DNA of 63,794 bases, counting the filler, from Polymyxa betae A26-41 (Eukaryota; Protista; Endomyxa: Phytomyxea), in the NCBI GenBank assembly GCA_003693705.1. It is 5 parts of 5 records of this genome, joined end to end, with 100 filler letters (N's around TTAATTAATTAA, not from the genome) between each part and the next. Parts side by side here need not be neighbours in the genome. Positions count along the whole stretch, not along the records: positions 32,925 to 58,059 come from RBZT01000502.1; positions 58,160 to 61,780 come from RBZT01000066.1; 3 more parts are not named here. One strand, 5' to 3'. Made by a program: the position numbers and the translations under genes. Below are positions 50,303 through 61,880 of this stretch, piece after piece. The first letter of the stretch is position 1; each line of letters starts with the position of its first letter. A model generated the notes under the pieces. It was not told the origin of the DNA. It did not search any database and saw only the letters and a program-made list of their open reading frames with translations.

Positions 50303-52943
50303 AAGTCCAAGTCCTGATTTTGCTGGCGGCGACCGTACAGGTCCTGGGGGCGGCCTCCTCGAATGATCCGGGCTTTGAACCGGTCGTGGGGGCGGCCTCT
50401 TCGCATGATACGCCGTTCAATTTCGAAGACCTTCATCCTGATCTTCAGCTTAAGATCGTGAATCGAGTCCGATCCGCCACGGACTTGGGTCATCTCGTTC
50501 TTGTCTGCCGACGCTTCATGCGATCGGGCTGCGCGCGGGTCGTCCAGGCCCTGTTCGAATCGCCGACGACCCCGACCTCCCTGATCCCCAAACTGATCCG
50601 TATGCTGGTCGTACTGGCTCGGCACGACCCCGAATCCCGCGAGCTCGTCCATCGTGTTCGCCCGCAGCAGGTGATGGGCCTGTACCACCTGATCATTCTG
50701 AGTCGATTCCGCACGGAGACGAAATCCGATCTGTTACGGAGTTTAATCGACGGGCTGGGCCTCTCTATACTGAACAATGAGACATCGCTGTATAGTCGGT
50801 ACCGACCTCCAAGGGAGAAGTTCGCACTCTCAGACCTGATTACGTCTGTTCCGCGTCCGTCTCTTCCAAATAATATCATTGAGGCTTTGAATCGCTGGGT
50901 CGTTAATAATGCACTTTTCTGGGTCCGCAATGTTGATGAGGCTCGATCCTGGCGCATTCCATCCTGTATTGATCCATCCAGTCCTTATCCGATTCGTCTC
51001 GCTCGTGCTGCTCATAATGAGGAAACCCTAATCACACTCCGAAAAAGTTACCCACCAACGTTCTACTATCTACACGCGTTCATCGACCTTGCTATGAGCC
51101 ATCTTCTGCGCAGTTTCCCCAAACATTCACATCCGCTGGCCGATCCGCAGGTCCTACTGGCACTCCGCCAGTACGGCGTCGTCTTTCCATTGCCTGGTTT
51201 CTTCAAAGATGTTGAAGTCTCGCCCGAATCCATGGCGGATATCGTCCCTATGTTGGCGATCTCTTCACCAACTCAGGTCGTCTATACAGCCTGGGATCTA
51301 CTCAGCTCCGGAGATTCCGGAGAGCAGAAATCCCTGGCTCTGTTGCGGATTCCTTTCATCCAACGACTGATCCTTGGTTGCACTACCAGCACGAACGACC
51401 ACTTTCGCTACTTCTCGCTTCTGATGATGAATGCATCTAATGAGTTCTTGGACGACCTGATCGCTCTTCCGTTCATGCACTGAGTCGTCAATATAAAGTT
51501 GGAAGTCTCACTTCCAAATATTGGCCTCTGTTCTTGTACACTGTTGGATTGGGCCGTTGTTAACGATCATTTCGATATGACTCGGACTTTGATGCGAATT
51601 CCGACGATCTCTCATTTCGTGGACGCAAATTGGGGTTACGGCATCAAGCATGTTATTGAAGATCTTTTATGCTGCAGATCGGATGCGAATGTTCGCGAAT
51701 TTCTGGAAAGTCCAGAATTTGTTACTGTGATACTCCGGGACATTCCATCTCTTATAACAACTCTGACATTATTCATGAACAGGAAATATGTAAAGCAGTT
51801 CCGTGCTCTCATACAATATTCGTTCTATATCAATATCCCGCTGATACACAATGTCGTGCCCACGACATCGCTCCCTCTCAAATTGGGACGGGGGGGCGCG
51901 GATTGAAGGTCGCCTCCGCGCACTTAAGTACACCATTCTCCGTGATGTTTTGCCGATCTGCAAACCAGTTTGCGGACTTTTCCAACATCAACTCCGGGAC
52001 TCTTACATATGAATCCGTCCGTGAGCGACTACAGTGGGCACAGCAGGTCGTTTTTCCCGCAATCAAAGACCTACACTCCTCGCATGCAGCCGCAGCCATT
52101 TCCCAGTACGCACGTCGCCACCGTATTCTTCCCGACGACCCGTTCCCGATAAACTCCGCCGTCATGATGAAGGACCCTGTCCGCTCTTCTAAAACTGAAC
52201 CGTATTATTTAGGCCCGCTTAAAGTCGTCCGGCGAACGAAAGGCGGATCCTATATCCTTCTCGACACCGACGGGTCCATTTTGTCACGCGCAGCCGCACC
52301 CTCCCAACTGAAATTGATCAGCCTAAACCCTGCCCTCGATAGTGATGATCATGTCGTGGACAAAATCCTCAAGAAAAAAGGTCCGCCCGCCGACCGCCAA
52401 TATCTGGTCCGATGGTAGGGCTTTGGGCCCAACCATGATTCCTGGGAACCCCAGAAACACTTCATCGATACTCGCTGCATAAGTGACTATTGGAGATCCC
52501 GTCCAGTCCGCGCCCCCCGTCCCAATTTGAGAGGGAGCGATGTCGTGCCCACGACAATCTCGGAGCCGCAATCCAGAATCGCCGGGTCCCCACCGCCAAT
52601 GTCCGCGGAAAGGACGCGTGCCAGCAGGTCGCTGCGGCCCCGTCGTGCTGTCCAAGGCACGCGCCTTATGAATTTGTGAAGTTTTCCGCGACCCGCCAAA
52701 GCCACTCTTTTTCTTGCTCCCTACTCCAGACAACTTCTTTTCTACTTACCATCACCAATAAAGGATCGTGTGCCATCGATCTCGCGTCTCCATCTCCCGT
52801 TCACCACACACAAATTGGAGCTCATTAAAATCGCCCGTGATCATGATCACCATATTTATCAGATATTACAGACAACCACAACTGTTACATTGTCCAAAAA
52901 ATCATTGAAGCACAGACATTCAGTCATGGCTTTTTGTTTATAA
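50299..52943 (+). pseudogene. Secreted F-box-like protein 2 with ankyrin-like repeat; in-frame TGA at 51481-51483 and a retroelement insertion at 51852-52808
   Basis: MKVQVLILLAATVQVLG; FEDLHPDLQLKIVNRVRSATDLGHLVLVCRRF; frame continues after the TGA with TLLDWAVVNDHFDMTRTLM; removing the insertion restores IPLIH-KLELIKIARD...AFCL*. Confidence 0.7.
51852..52808 (+). mobile_element. Truncated chromovirus (Ty3/Gypsy) insertion with 5-bp TSD: integrase C-terminus, chromodomain, PPT, 268-bp 3' LTR
   Basis: CACAA at 51847-51851 and 52809-52813; KTEPYYLGPLKV (GPY/F-like); chromodomain VDKIL..KG....QYLVRW*GF...DSWEP; PPT gagagggagcga then LTR TG 52541 to CA 52808. Confidence 0.9.
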
Positions 52944-53954
52944 AAAAATTATACAGAGCTTTTTGCTTCATATTTCAATAATAGTTTACAGTAGGGTTAT
53001 AATCACTAATTCGGACTCTTGCAAGTGGTAATTTGCAGATTCAATACAAACTGGAGTCTTGATTATCAACTGACAGTCACGCACTATTGTCTTCTCAAGC
53101 TGTGGTTTCAGCAGTCCTGCACAGAAGAGGAGAACGGGATTCGGCACTCTTTAAGGCTGCGATGATCAAAATTCCATCCTCCACGGTGTGTCCCAATTCA
53201 CCAATTCTCTATCTTTCGGCGAAAGTGCGTGGCTGTTGTAGCAGGTCGTGTTCGAGGAGGGAGTCGTCGTCGGCGATAGTTCCAAGGTAGGCACAGACTC
53301 ATAGGCACTCCGGGAAGAGGAAGAACGGGATGAGATCTGGAAGCCAAACATAACAATACAGAGTTCTATAAGGCGTTCGCATCCAATGTGACATCGACAT
53401 ATCTCGTCGAATTTTGCAGAGATAAGTTAACAGGATAAAGTTGTCATCCAGAACCTCATAAAGTATAACATCCTCTGCCAGATATTGTTTATCATATGAA
53501 CCTCAATGAAGCCCGGCGAACTCATTCAGCCAGCCCACGATTTGGCTGTTGTTTTGCCCCCTAGCAAAAGCAGCAAAAAGCGTGGCAGACCACATTACAC
53601 AATAGATCGCGTCTCTCTGCCGTGGAAAGCGTGCGCTATTCCTGGGCCGCTGAGACAAAGATAAGCAGCACGGAAGTCACTGCTCGGTTAAGCTGTCCAT
53701 AACGATATGGAGGCCTCGCCGCTATTCTGTCGCAGCCCACCGTTAGCAATGTTGCTCGTGACAAAAGGCAACTTGACCATTTGTACGGATATCTCTATTT
53801 AAGCAATACATCAATCTGAGCAAATGCACCAGCAAGGATTCGATCCTTTTTAGACCCAAAGAATGATTTTAGACCAGTTTTAGACCAATATTATTGAAAA
53901 ACTGCGCCAAGGTGTTTTGACCATCGTTTGAGTAACAAATTACAGAGCTCCCAA

Positions 53955-56292
53955 ATGGTTGGCCCAGCGATTGTCTTCCTGATACTGAACCTATCTGAGG
54001 GCTTGGCTACATTCACTACTGACCCTTGTAATGTTCCAGACTATCTGGAAGTGTCGACTGATGGTGTCTCTCCTCTCGACCTCCACGTTACTGAACCCAC
54101 AGTATGATTGCTCTGAAACGAAGCTACATCGTTCTAACACGCTATATAGGAACCTATCTTCTATCATGACTATTCAATCCAAAATTTCTCAGATCTTCTC
54201 TATTCCGACAACCTCTTTGATTCCTCATTTAACCTGGATGAAAATTTTAATGTATGAAAATATAACTGTGATATTATGATATTGATTTATTATTCAGATA
54301 TTCACTGAGAATGAAATTTGCGAAATGTTGGATATCCCACCTGCTATTGAAATGTTATCAACATCAACATCTTTATTACACCATTCAGATAATATCCCAG
54401 TTTTACCTTCTATTCCGGAAACTATCAATGTAACGCTTCTGTATCCATGTCTCATGTCTTAGAAATCGCTGATATTCTCATAATCAGAAAGATGCGCATA
54501 GTAATGTTACAGACCAGCTAGAAGAGACTCATGTTACTGTCTCTCCTATCGACTTCCATGTTACAGACGGAGTATGATTTTCTGTGTCAGAAGGAAGTCC
54601 CATCTCTTTAACATTCATTATAGGAACCCATTCTCTATGATTCATATTCCATCCAAAACTTCTTTGATCTTCCCTATTCCAACAACCTTTTAGATTCCTC
54701 CTCTAATCTGGACGAAAATTTCAATGTATGAAATGATTATATAACTATGATACTATGAAAGTGATTTTTTATTCAGATATTCACTGAGAATGAAATTTGT
54801 GAAGCATTGGACATCCCACTTGATATTGGAATGTTATCAACATCAACATGTTCATTACATCATACAGATAATATCCCAGCTTTACCTCCTATACAGGCAA
54901 CTATCAATGTAATGTTTCTGTATAAAAGTTTGATGGCTTACAAATCTCTGAGATTTTCATAATTAGAATGATGAACCAGTTAAAACTACCTCCCGGAAAC
55001 GTCCTCGTATTGGCGCGACACCATTTCCAACCGACCTTTCATGTTCCTTCAATCATGACGTGACTGATATCAATGATTATAACAGTCTCTGCAAGTTTCT
55101 GGTATATATTTTATGAGCCTTTATCCTTCTGTATTTTGACTTTACATTAGATCAAAGAGCCCAATGATGAAGAACTTCGTTCTCTGTCTTTAAAGTCCGG
55201 TGCTGTTCAATCTTCAAAAATCAACTCTCAGTTTGTTATCAATGTGAAGGACATGATCTGGATGTGAGCGAAATCAAACGAATCCGTTCTGCTCCGAGCA
55301 CATTACAAAAGCTGATTCTGATTGCGAATCTGTATCGGAAATTGATCTGGGCCTCTCGGAAATATGAATGGATTTGGTGGAAGGTTGATGGAAAAATCAG
55401 GGATTGGATGTATGAGGTGTGTCGTCCTGTATTGAGATGTGTCATGGAATGCTGTCAGAAAGATCTCCGGAGGTTTCAGACACTCTGGGGAAATCGCTTC
55501 AATCATCGGATTGTTCTCCTTAAATGTTCTGGAGATGAATGCCGATCTAAACTTGCTGCCGATCAGCTGATGAATCTGTTCCGAGATAGTTCGGCCAACT
55601 CTATTGATCCTCCTGATCTACAGAGTCAAGACAGCCCGCCCTTGAAACGGTTGAATTCAGTTCATCACCAACCGATTTTGCTCTGCCAAAGTTGATCGTT
55701 ATGCCTGACTTTCTGAAAAAATTTGATTTTAATGTGGAGAGGATCACAGACTACAATACTCTGTGTGCTTCTCTGGTGAGATTTATTCATATTGTATGAG
55801 CAATCTCACACTGATTCTGTAATACATAGAAAGAAGCCTGATGATAACGAGTACGCTTTTCTTACTGTTACAAACATCATGTTCCAATCAGGTCGCAAAA
55901 AACGCGCTACAAAAGCCCCCCTTATTATCAATGTTCTCGATGATCAGCTCATATTGACCGAAACTTCGGAAATCTCAAATTCGAAGACCACGTTACAGAA
56001 GCTGATATTGGTGGCCAGTTTATGTCTAAAAATAGGTCGGGCAAAGATCACCGACCCGACATTGAACATGAAACGTGAAGGTTGTAACTGTTGGCTGCTT
56101 CGAACATATTACCCAGTCCGATCCTGCCTTTCAATTTGCTGTCACAATGATCTTCGAATGTTTCAATCTAATGGGGAAATCTGTTTCTGCATAGTCGTTT
56201 TGAAAGGTCTTTGTTCGAGGTACACTGGCAAGAGCACAGAGTGTGTCTATCAGACGATCACTGCCAAAGACCAAGCTCAATATTTCGTTTAA
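53955..56292 (+). pseudogene. Multi-exon secreted protein family, copy B, with internal ~480-bp tandem duplication
   Basis: Starts identically to copy A (atggttggcccagcgattgtcttcctgatactga); 54045-54490 duplicated at 54520-54965; ORFs 55264-55695 and 55792-56292 carry the two Cys domains. Confidence 0.7.
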
Positions 56293-57859
56293 ATACAGTA
56301 AACTCCAACAAGAGTTTTTTCAACTTGGCAAAAAAATTCCGATCTAACAGTGCCTAGACGCTTCATATTTTTCTATATTCAGGATTCATCATGCCTTCGG
56401 AACAGTACACAGCCTAGTTGCGCTCTCAGCGATCTGTTACGGCCAACTCTGCCATTATCGAATTAGTCAGAGATCGTAACATTACATCAATACGGCGAAA
56501 TTAAGGACAGATTGTGTTCTGTTTCTGGACTTCAACCGGACCTGGCAGCTCCAGAAGCGGTACGTCGTTAAGCTGATCCGGAACATGATCACAAATTTGG
56601 AAAAAACTCAACATCGAGTTTTAAAACGTATCTGACCTGCTCTTGACTGATTCCCGTTTCGAAGTTGATGGCGTCACATCTATCGAATTCGCCGCGCTCG
56701 ATCGGATCGGATGAAGGCTCTGGAACCATCTTGAAGAACGGCGTCGTCAGAAAGCACCCGATGCTGAACTGTTTTAAAGAGTGCGGTGGCGTTGCCCGAA
56801 ACGATGAGAGCAGCGCACCATATTCCGTCCTTCCACTATATAACGACCGCGGGGGATGTATCCTCTCTTGTCGTTAAATATCTAGATTATTAATGTAAAA
56901 GGGTAATCTGGATAATTTGTACATGTAACATTAACTGGCTTCTATGGAGCGGTCGTTATAGAAAGTATCGTTATAGAGACGGAGACCTGTATGGTTCTGT
57001 ATCAGCTCGTTTTGTATAACCCAGCTGCAGCTCAGCTAGTTTGACATATCGTTTAGATCCTGTTTTTGAGCCTGCCCTTTATTCGGACCTTCACAGGTTT
57101 TTGATGATGATCCGACATCGTCTGGTTGCTGTACTTCAGATGACTTGATAGCTGTTTGCAACATAGCGGTCCATGATTCGAAAATCGAGGTCTCCGAACA
57201 TGAGCGTATGATCAGGCCTTTACAAAGCGACATCAGTTCTGAAAACCTTTTCTCCTCAGTCGTTGTTTGTCTGCATTGCTCTGCCCTATCCCCATATAGA
57301 CAGCTATATCGTTTTCAGTCAGAATCTTAGAGGGAAAGTCTCTCATGGATTGGATTTGACTAGTTGGTTGATTTTCATCAAGTATCAACAGGCGGTGCTC
57401 TCTCCTAAGCACATGGCCTATAGTACACAAATGGTAACTATAGGAGCTCCTACTATCCATTTCGGAGCGGACATTATTTCACCCGTTTTGTATAAGATAG
57501 ATCAGAGTTCGGCCCTCTATGTTCGGACCTAAGAATGCCTCAGTGAAATATGATAGGCACCCGCCTAATCCAACAGGACTGTTATGTTAGTTTGTCGGGG
57601 GGATCCGTTGCCGGGTGGGGGTATTCTATAAATGCTGTCTCGAGCCTCCTCGACTCTAGGGTCATGCCATTGTTTTGGATGTTTTCTATCTGTTCGGGCT
57701 TTGTTGGGTGAGGTAATGGTTTCATTCTTTTTTATTTGTACTGTGAGTCTTATAATGATGAATGACTGTGTATTACATGTTTTTACGAGAAGGCTGGAGA
57801 GGGCATTGCTCCCAATTGTGTCCCTGATTGCTTCAGGTGACGCAATTATCGTATGTTTT

Positions 57860-58059
57860 GTTTTCGATTTTGCAGTCTTTAGTCTTGTGCGGTAAGCACA
57901 ATGCCCGCAGCACACAATTCTACATTGTGGATTATCACATCCGTCGAGCTTGCAGCTTCGACAGATGCTGATGTTAGATGTGGTTTTGGGTTCGGTTGCA
58001 GGGCATTTACAGCCCCAGATATAGACATAGCCTTGGTCCTGTTAGAACCTGTCAAACAG
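57860..58059 (-). pseudogene. Degenerate Copia integrase C-terminal (SH3-like) remnant
   Basis: YIWGCKC..RSCKLD..CRIVCCGH.AYR resembles FGC..RSKLD..C.F.GY..YR. Confidence 0.4.
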
Positions 58060-58159
58060 NNNNNNNNNNNNNNNNNNNNNNNNNNNNNNNNNNNNNNNNN
58101 NNNTTAATTAATTAANNNNNNNNNNNNNNNNNNNNNNNNNNNNNNNNNNNNNNNNNNNN
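58060..58159. other. Artificial contig spacer
   Basis: 44 N + TTAATTAATTAA + 44 N. Confidence 0.98.
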
Positions 58160-58572
58160 AATGGTGACACAGATTCCAATTGAAGACATAAACAAACCAG
58201 TATCGTTACAAAGGCATGAACCATTGGGATTCGTTGGCCACCGGTTCAATAGATGCGAAATGAACTGGAGTGTGGCTGAGAAAGAAGGGTTCGCTATCAA
58301 AGATACGATGCAAAAGCTGGACTATTTATTACAGATGAAACGACCATTCAAACTGTTTTGTGACCATAAAAATCTAATACAGATTTTTTCACCAACGAAT
58401 GTGTCAAAGCCAACGGCTCAGAAGCTACAAAGATGGGCCCTTTACATGCAGCGATTTCACTACCAAATCGAGCACATCAAAGGAGAAGAAAACATTTGGG
58501 CCGATCTGATGACAAGATGGGGAGCGAAACCAGTTGATGAAGAAAACTCTACGCATCGATTGGTCCGCAGAG
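58160..58572 (+). mobile_element. Ty3/Gypsy RNase H fragment, same family as 2013-4463
   Basis: MVTQIPIED..KP..LQRHEPLGFVGHRFN...FAIKDTMQKLDYLLQ..FKLFCDHKNLIQIFS nearly identical at protein level. Confidence 0.92.
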
Positions 58573-60473
58573 TACGCACAATAACTGTCAAAAAACTAAA
58601 ACATGGACACCGTCGCCGAAGACGATTCAACACATCAGGCAGAGGAAATTCATCCTTATTCAAATAGTAACCTAAAAACAAAGGTTCAGGAATCTGACAT
58701 GATTACAGCTGCAAATTGCACACACTTTGAACCGGTTTCTATGATCACAGCATTCCATTAAACGTATCCAGAAACTGCTGAAGACCCTGATACATCTAAA
58801 ACAGTTCGCCAGGCAATAAAAGGCCCCCACCGGCAAAACTGGATCGAAGCTATGCATGAAGAATACTGTCAACACCTACAGCATGGTACATTTCGAATTT
58901 GCGACAGACCTCGTTCTGGACGTATTCTGCCTACGAAATGGGTTTTCAGCATTAAACGCGACGAGGACAACAACATCGTCAGATTCAAAGCGAGATGGGT
59001 CGCGAAAGGATTCCTGCAGAAAGAAGGCATTGATTACGAAGAGACGTACGATGCGGTTATGAAGATCCAGACATCACGGGCAATAATCCCCTACGCCATG
59101 AAGCACGACCTGACCTTGTATCATGCCGATGTGACAACGGCCTTTCTGAACGGAGCAATCGATAAAGAGCTCTACGTGCAGCTGCCTGAAGGTTTCGGAA
59201 AAGGTTCAAAAGGAAAATGCGCGAAACTTCAAAAGGCGTTATACGGAACAAAACAAGCCGGGCGATTGTGGTGGGAAACCATTACCAATTACCTGCTTTC
59301 AGGAGGATTTCAACAAGCGAAGTCCGACCCTTGCTTATTCTACAAGATCGATCAGCATGGACATCCTGTTATTCTAGGAATATATGTCGATGATATTGAA
59401 ATCGCGGCAACACCAAGCTCTAAAGACAAGATCATCAAATTTCTCAGCAAAAAGGTTACCGTGAAAGACCTAGGTGAGATGCGCCATCTACTCGGAAATC
59501 AACAACGCAAACGCTGCATGATTCACATCTCACAGCCAGCGCTCATCACAAAACTGATAAAAATCACAGAGCTGACAAATGCACGAGCTAGACACCTACC
59601 AATGACGCCAGGATTGGAGTTGACGAAGACTATGGCACCATCGAGTCCTTCTGAAGCAGAGCAAATGTCTAAAGTACCATACCGAACAGCCATCGGAATC
59701 ATACGGTATATTGCTCTTGGATCACGACCTGATATCATGTTCGCAGTCACAAAACTGAGCCAATTCTGCAGTAACCCTGGCCCGAAGCATTGGGAAGCAA
59801 CAAAACACTTAATTCGTTACCTCATAAGCACAAAAGACTATGGGATCCTATTCCAGAAAACTCCCGAAGCGAAACTTCACGCTTACAGCGATTCAGATTA
59901 CGCAACCAGCTCCGACGACCGCATATCATTTTCTGGCACTGTAATCATGTACGGCAGCACGCCTATATCATGGAAAACTCAGAAGCAGAAATGTGTCGCA
60001 CTCTCAACCATGGAAGCGGAATTGGTGGCCTTATCTCTTACCATCACCGAGGTGATCTTCTGGAAGCACCTCCTAGACGAGCTCCCAAAGGATGACGGCC
60101 GCAGCCCAACCGTGTTCGGCGACAACCAAGCCAGTATGGCGTTCGCTAAGAACCAAGGATCGCTGGGCCGGGCAAAGCACATCCACTTGCGATACTGCTT
60201 CGTTAAGGACGAGGTCGCCAAGGGTACCATCAATCTGGAATACAAGGATACGCAAAATAATCTTGCGGACATTTTTACCAAGCAGCTTTCTGCAACAGCC
60301 TTCTTTAAACACAGGAAGGTCCTCTCAGTCGTTCCGATTCCCAATCCTAGCATTCAGGGAGTGTCGCATCTCAATCCTGAATCAAGAATGTTAAAGTCGT
60401 GACTCACACGCGACTTACTACAGATTGGAAATAAACCATTACTAACTTCCTTATTTCTCGTTTATTTACGACA
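58573..60473 (+). mobile_element. Ty1/Copia 3' half: uninterrupted RT-RNase H frame, PPT and 112-bp LTR
   Basis: KWVFSIK, FKARWVAKGF.Q..GIDYEETY, DVTTAFLNG, LYGTKQA, YVDD, RPDI, YSDSD, STMEAE, DNQA, KHI, ADIFTK; LTR 60362-60473 TGTCG...CGACA after agggag. Confidence 0.93.
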
Positions 60474-60899
60474 GCCCACTAGGCATAACATGCATGGTCT
60501 GATGTAAACTGACGGCTAAGATCCCATCCTGAACGTAATGTTTTTGTGAGCGAATCAATCCCGTAGAAACCAGATTTCTTATAAGGATGATTCTGGTCAT
60601 TATTCCTATCATAGAGCTTTAGAGCAGTTGACTATGCACTCTTACTGTTTTTCTTCATCTTCTGCGCTGACACGTTGCTTTCATACTCTTCGGAAAGTTG
60701 TCCTAAAATTAAATTCAAAAAGACACTTTGTGAAAAGAATGAGACGACCTGCAGCTACAATATGTTGTTTTGAGAGTAGTTTTGGGGTTGACAAAGACGA
60801 TACGCATGGTGAGGGAGAGAGCTTCTTTCGTAATGGATGTTTCATTGGAAGAAATTTGGATTATCCCAGCCGAGTGGTTCTTCCGAAGATTCTCACTCC

Positions 60900-61400
60900 T
60901 TGAAGAGAGCAAATACATGCTCCATTGATGCTGGACGATCCGGCTTTTTTCGAGAATTAACAAAAGCAGGAAGGTCAGCCATGCTGCTGATCAAAACTGT
61001 CTTCACCTGTGCATGAAAGTAAAGGCCAATTGCTCTAACGACAGATGAAAATATGTACGTACATATATCACTGAGTTTGAGGATGAATCGAATATATCCA
61101 GGCCGTGTTTGTTGAGCATATTGAGTTCATATGCAATTAACCCAAAAAAAGCCTGTGTCGAAAAGTATGACGATGAAGTCAACAGAATTGCAGGTTTGCA
61201 TCGAACATCAGCAGGCAATGTCAAATAAGAAAACATGTGCGGCCAAATCGAGATCAATGACGAATCATGAATATTGGCACCATCAAAACAATGCGACAAG
61301 GCGATAATCATTCTTCTTTTATCTGTGCTCAGGTGTTTGCTTCAGCCTTGAGTTCACAAAATAAGCAGCACTTTACCTGTAGCCTCGTTTCCGGTCTTGG
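60900..61400 (-). pseudogene. CACTA/En-Spm (Transposase_21-like) remnant
   Basis: FDGAN.....SIWP.....LTLPADVRCK...LL and ..ELNML...G motif order. Confidence 0.55.
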
Positions 61401-61780
61401 AAACCTCCCTGGTGTGAAAGGGGACATAGATATCATAGAAAAGGTCTCCATGAACCCAGTCTGTCATGAGCTCTTCTTTTTGATGGTGATCGCTGTATTA
61501 GTTTACAAGGTCCTGGATCTGTGCAAAGCTTTCCCAGAAAAGGGCTGCAAATAATGGAAATGAGAACCGCATCTAAGAAAATTTCCTTCTTCAAAACGTG
61601 GCATCATTACCGGTATCTTCATCAACGACATACCTGTAAATCAAAAGAATTGGCCAGTATAAAAACCGCTTGGATTCTGCTCAGGGTGCAGTACAAACAG
61701 GACATTGGCTGGCATTTGTCTGGCAACATCAATACGAATGACGTCGATTCTATCAACAAATCAATCAGGTTTGACAGGGC

Positions 61781-61880
61781 NNNNNNNNNNNNNNNNNNNN
61801 NNNNNNNNNNNNNNNNNNNNNNNNTTAATTAATTAANNNNNNNNNNNNNNNNNNNNNNNNNNNNNNNNNNNNNNNNNNNN
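61781..61880. other. Artificial contig spacer
   Basis: 44 N + TTAATTAATTAA + 44 N. Confidence 0.98.

Noticed and set aside
53100-53480. Minus-strand VWLPDL..C..C..PR fragment suggestive of a transposon-associated domain
   Set aside because: Too degenerate to assign without a profile search
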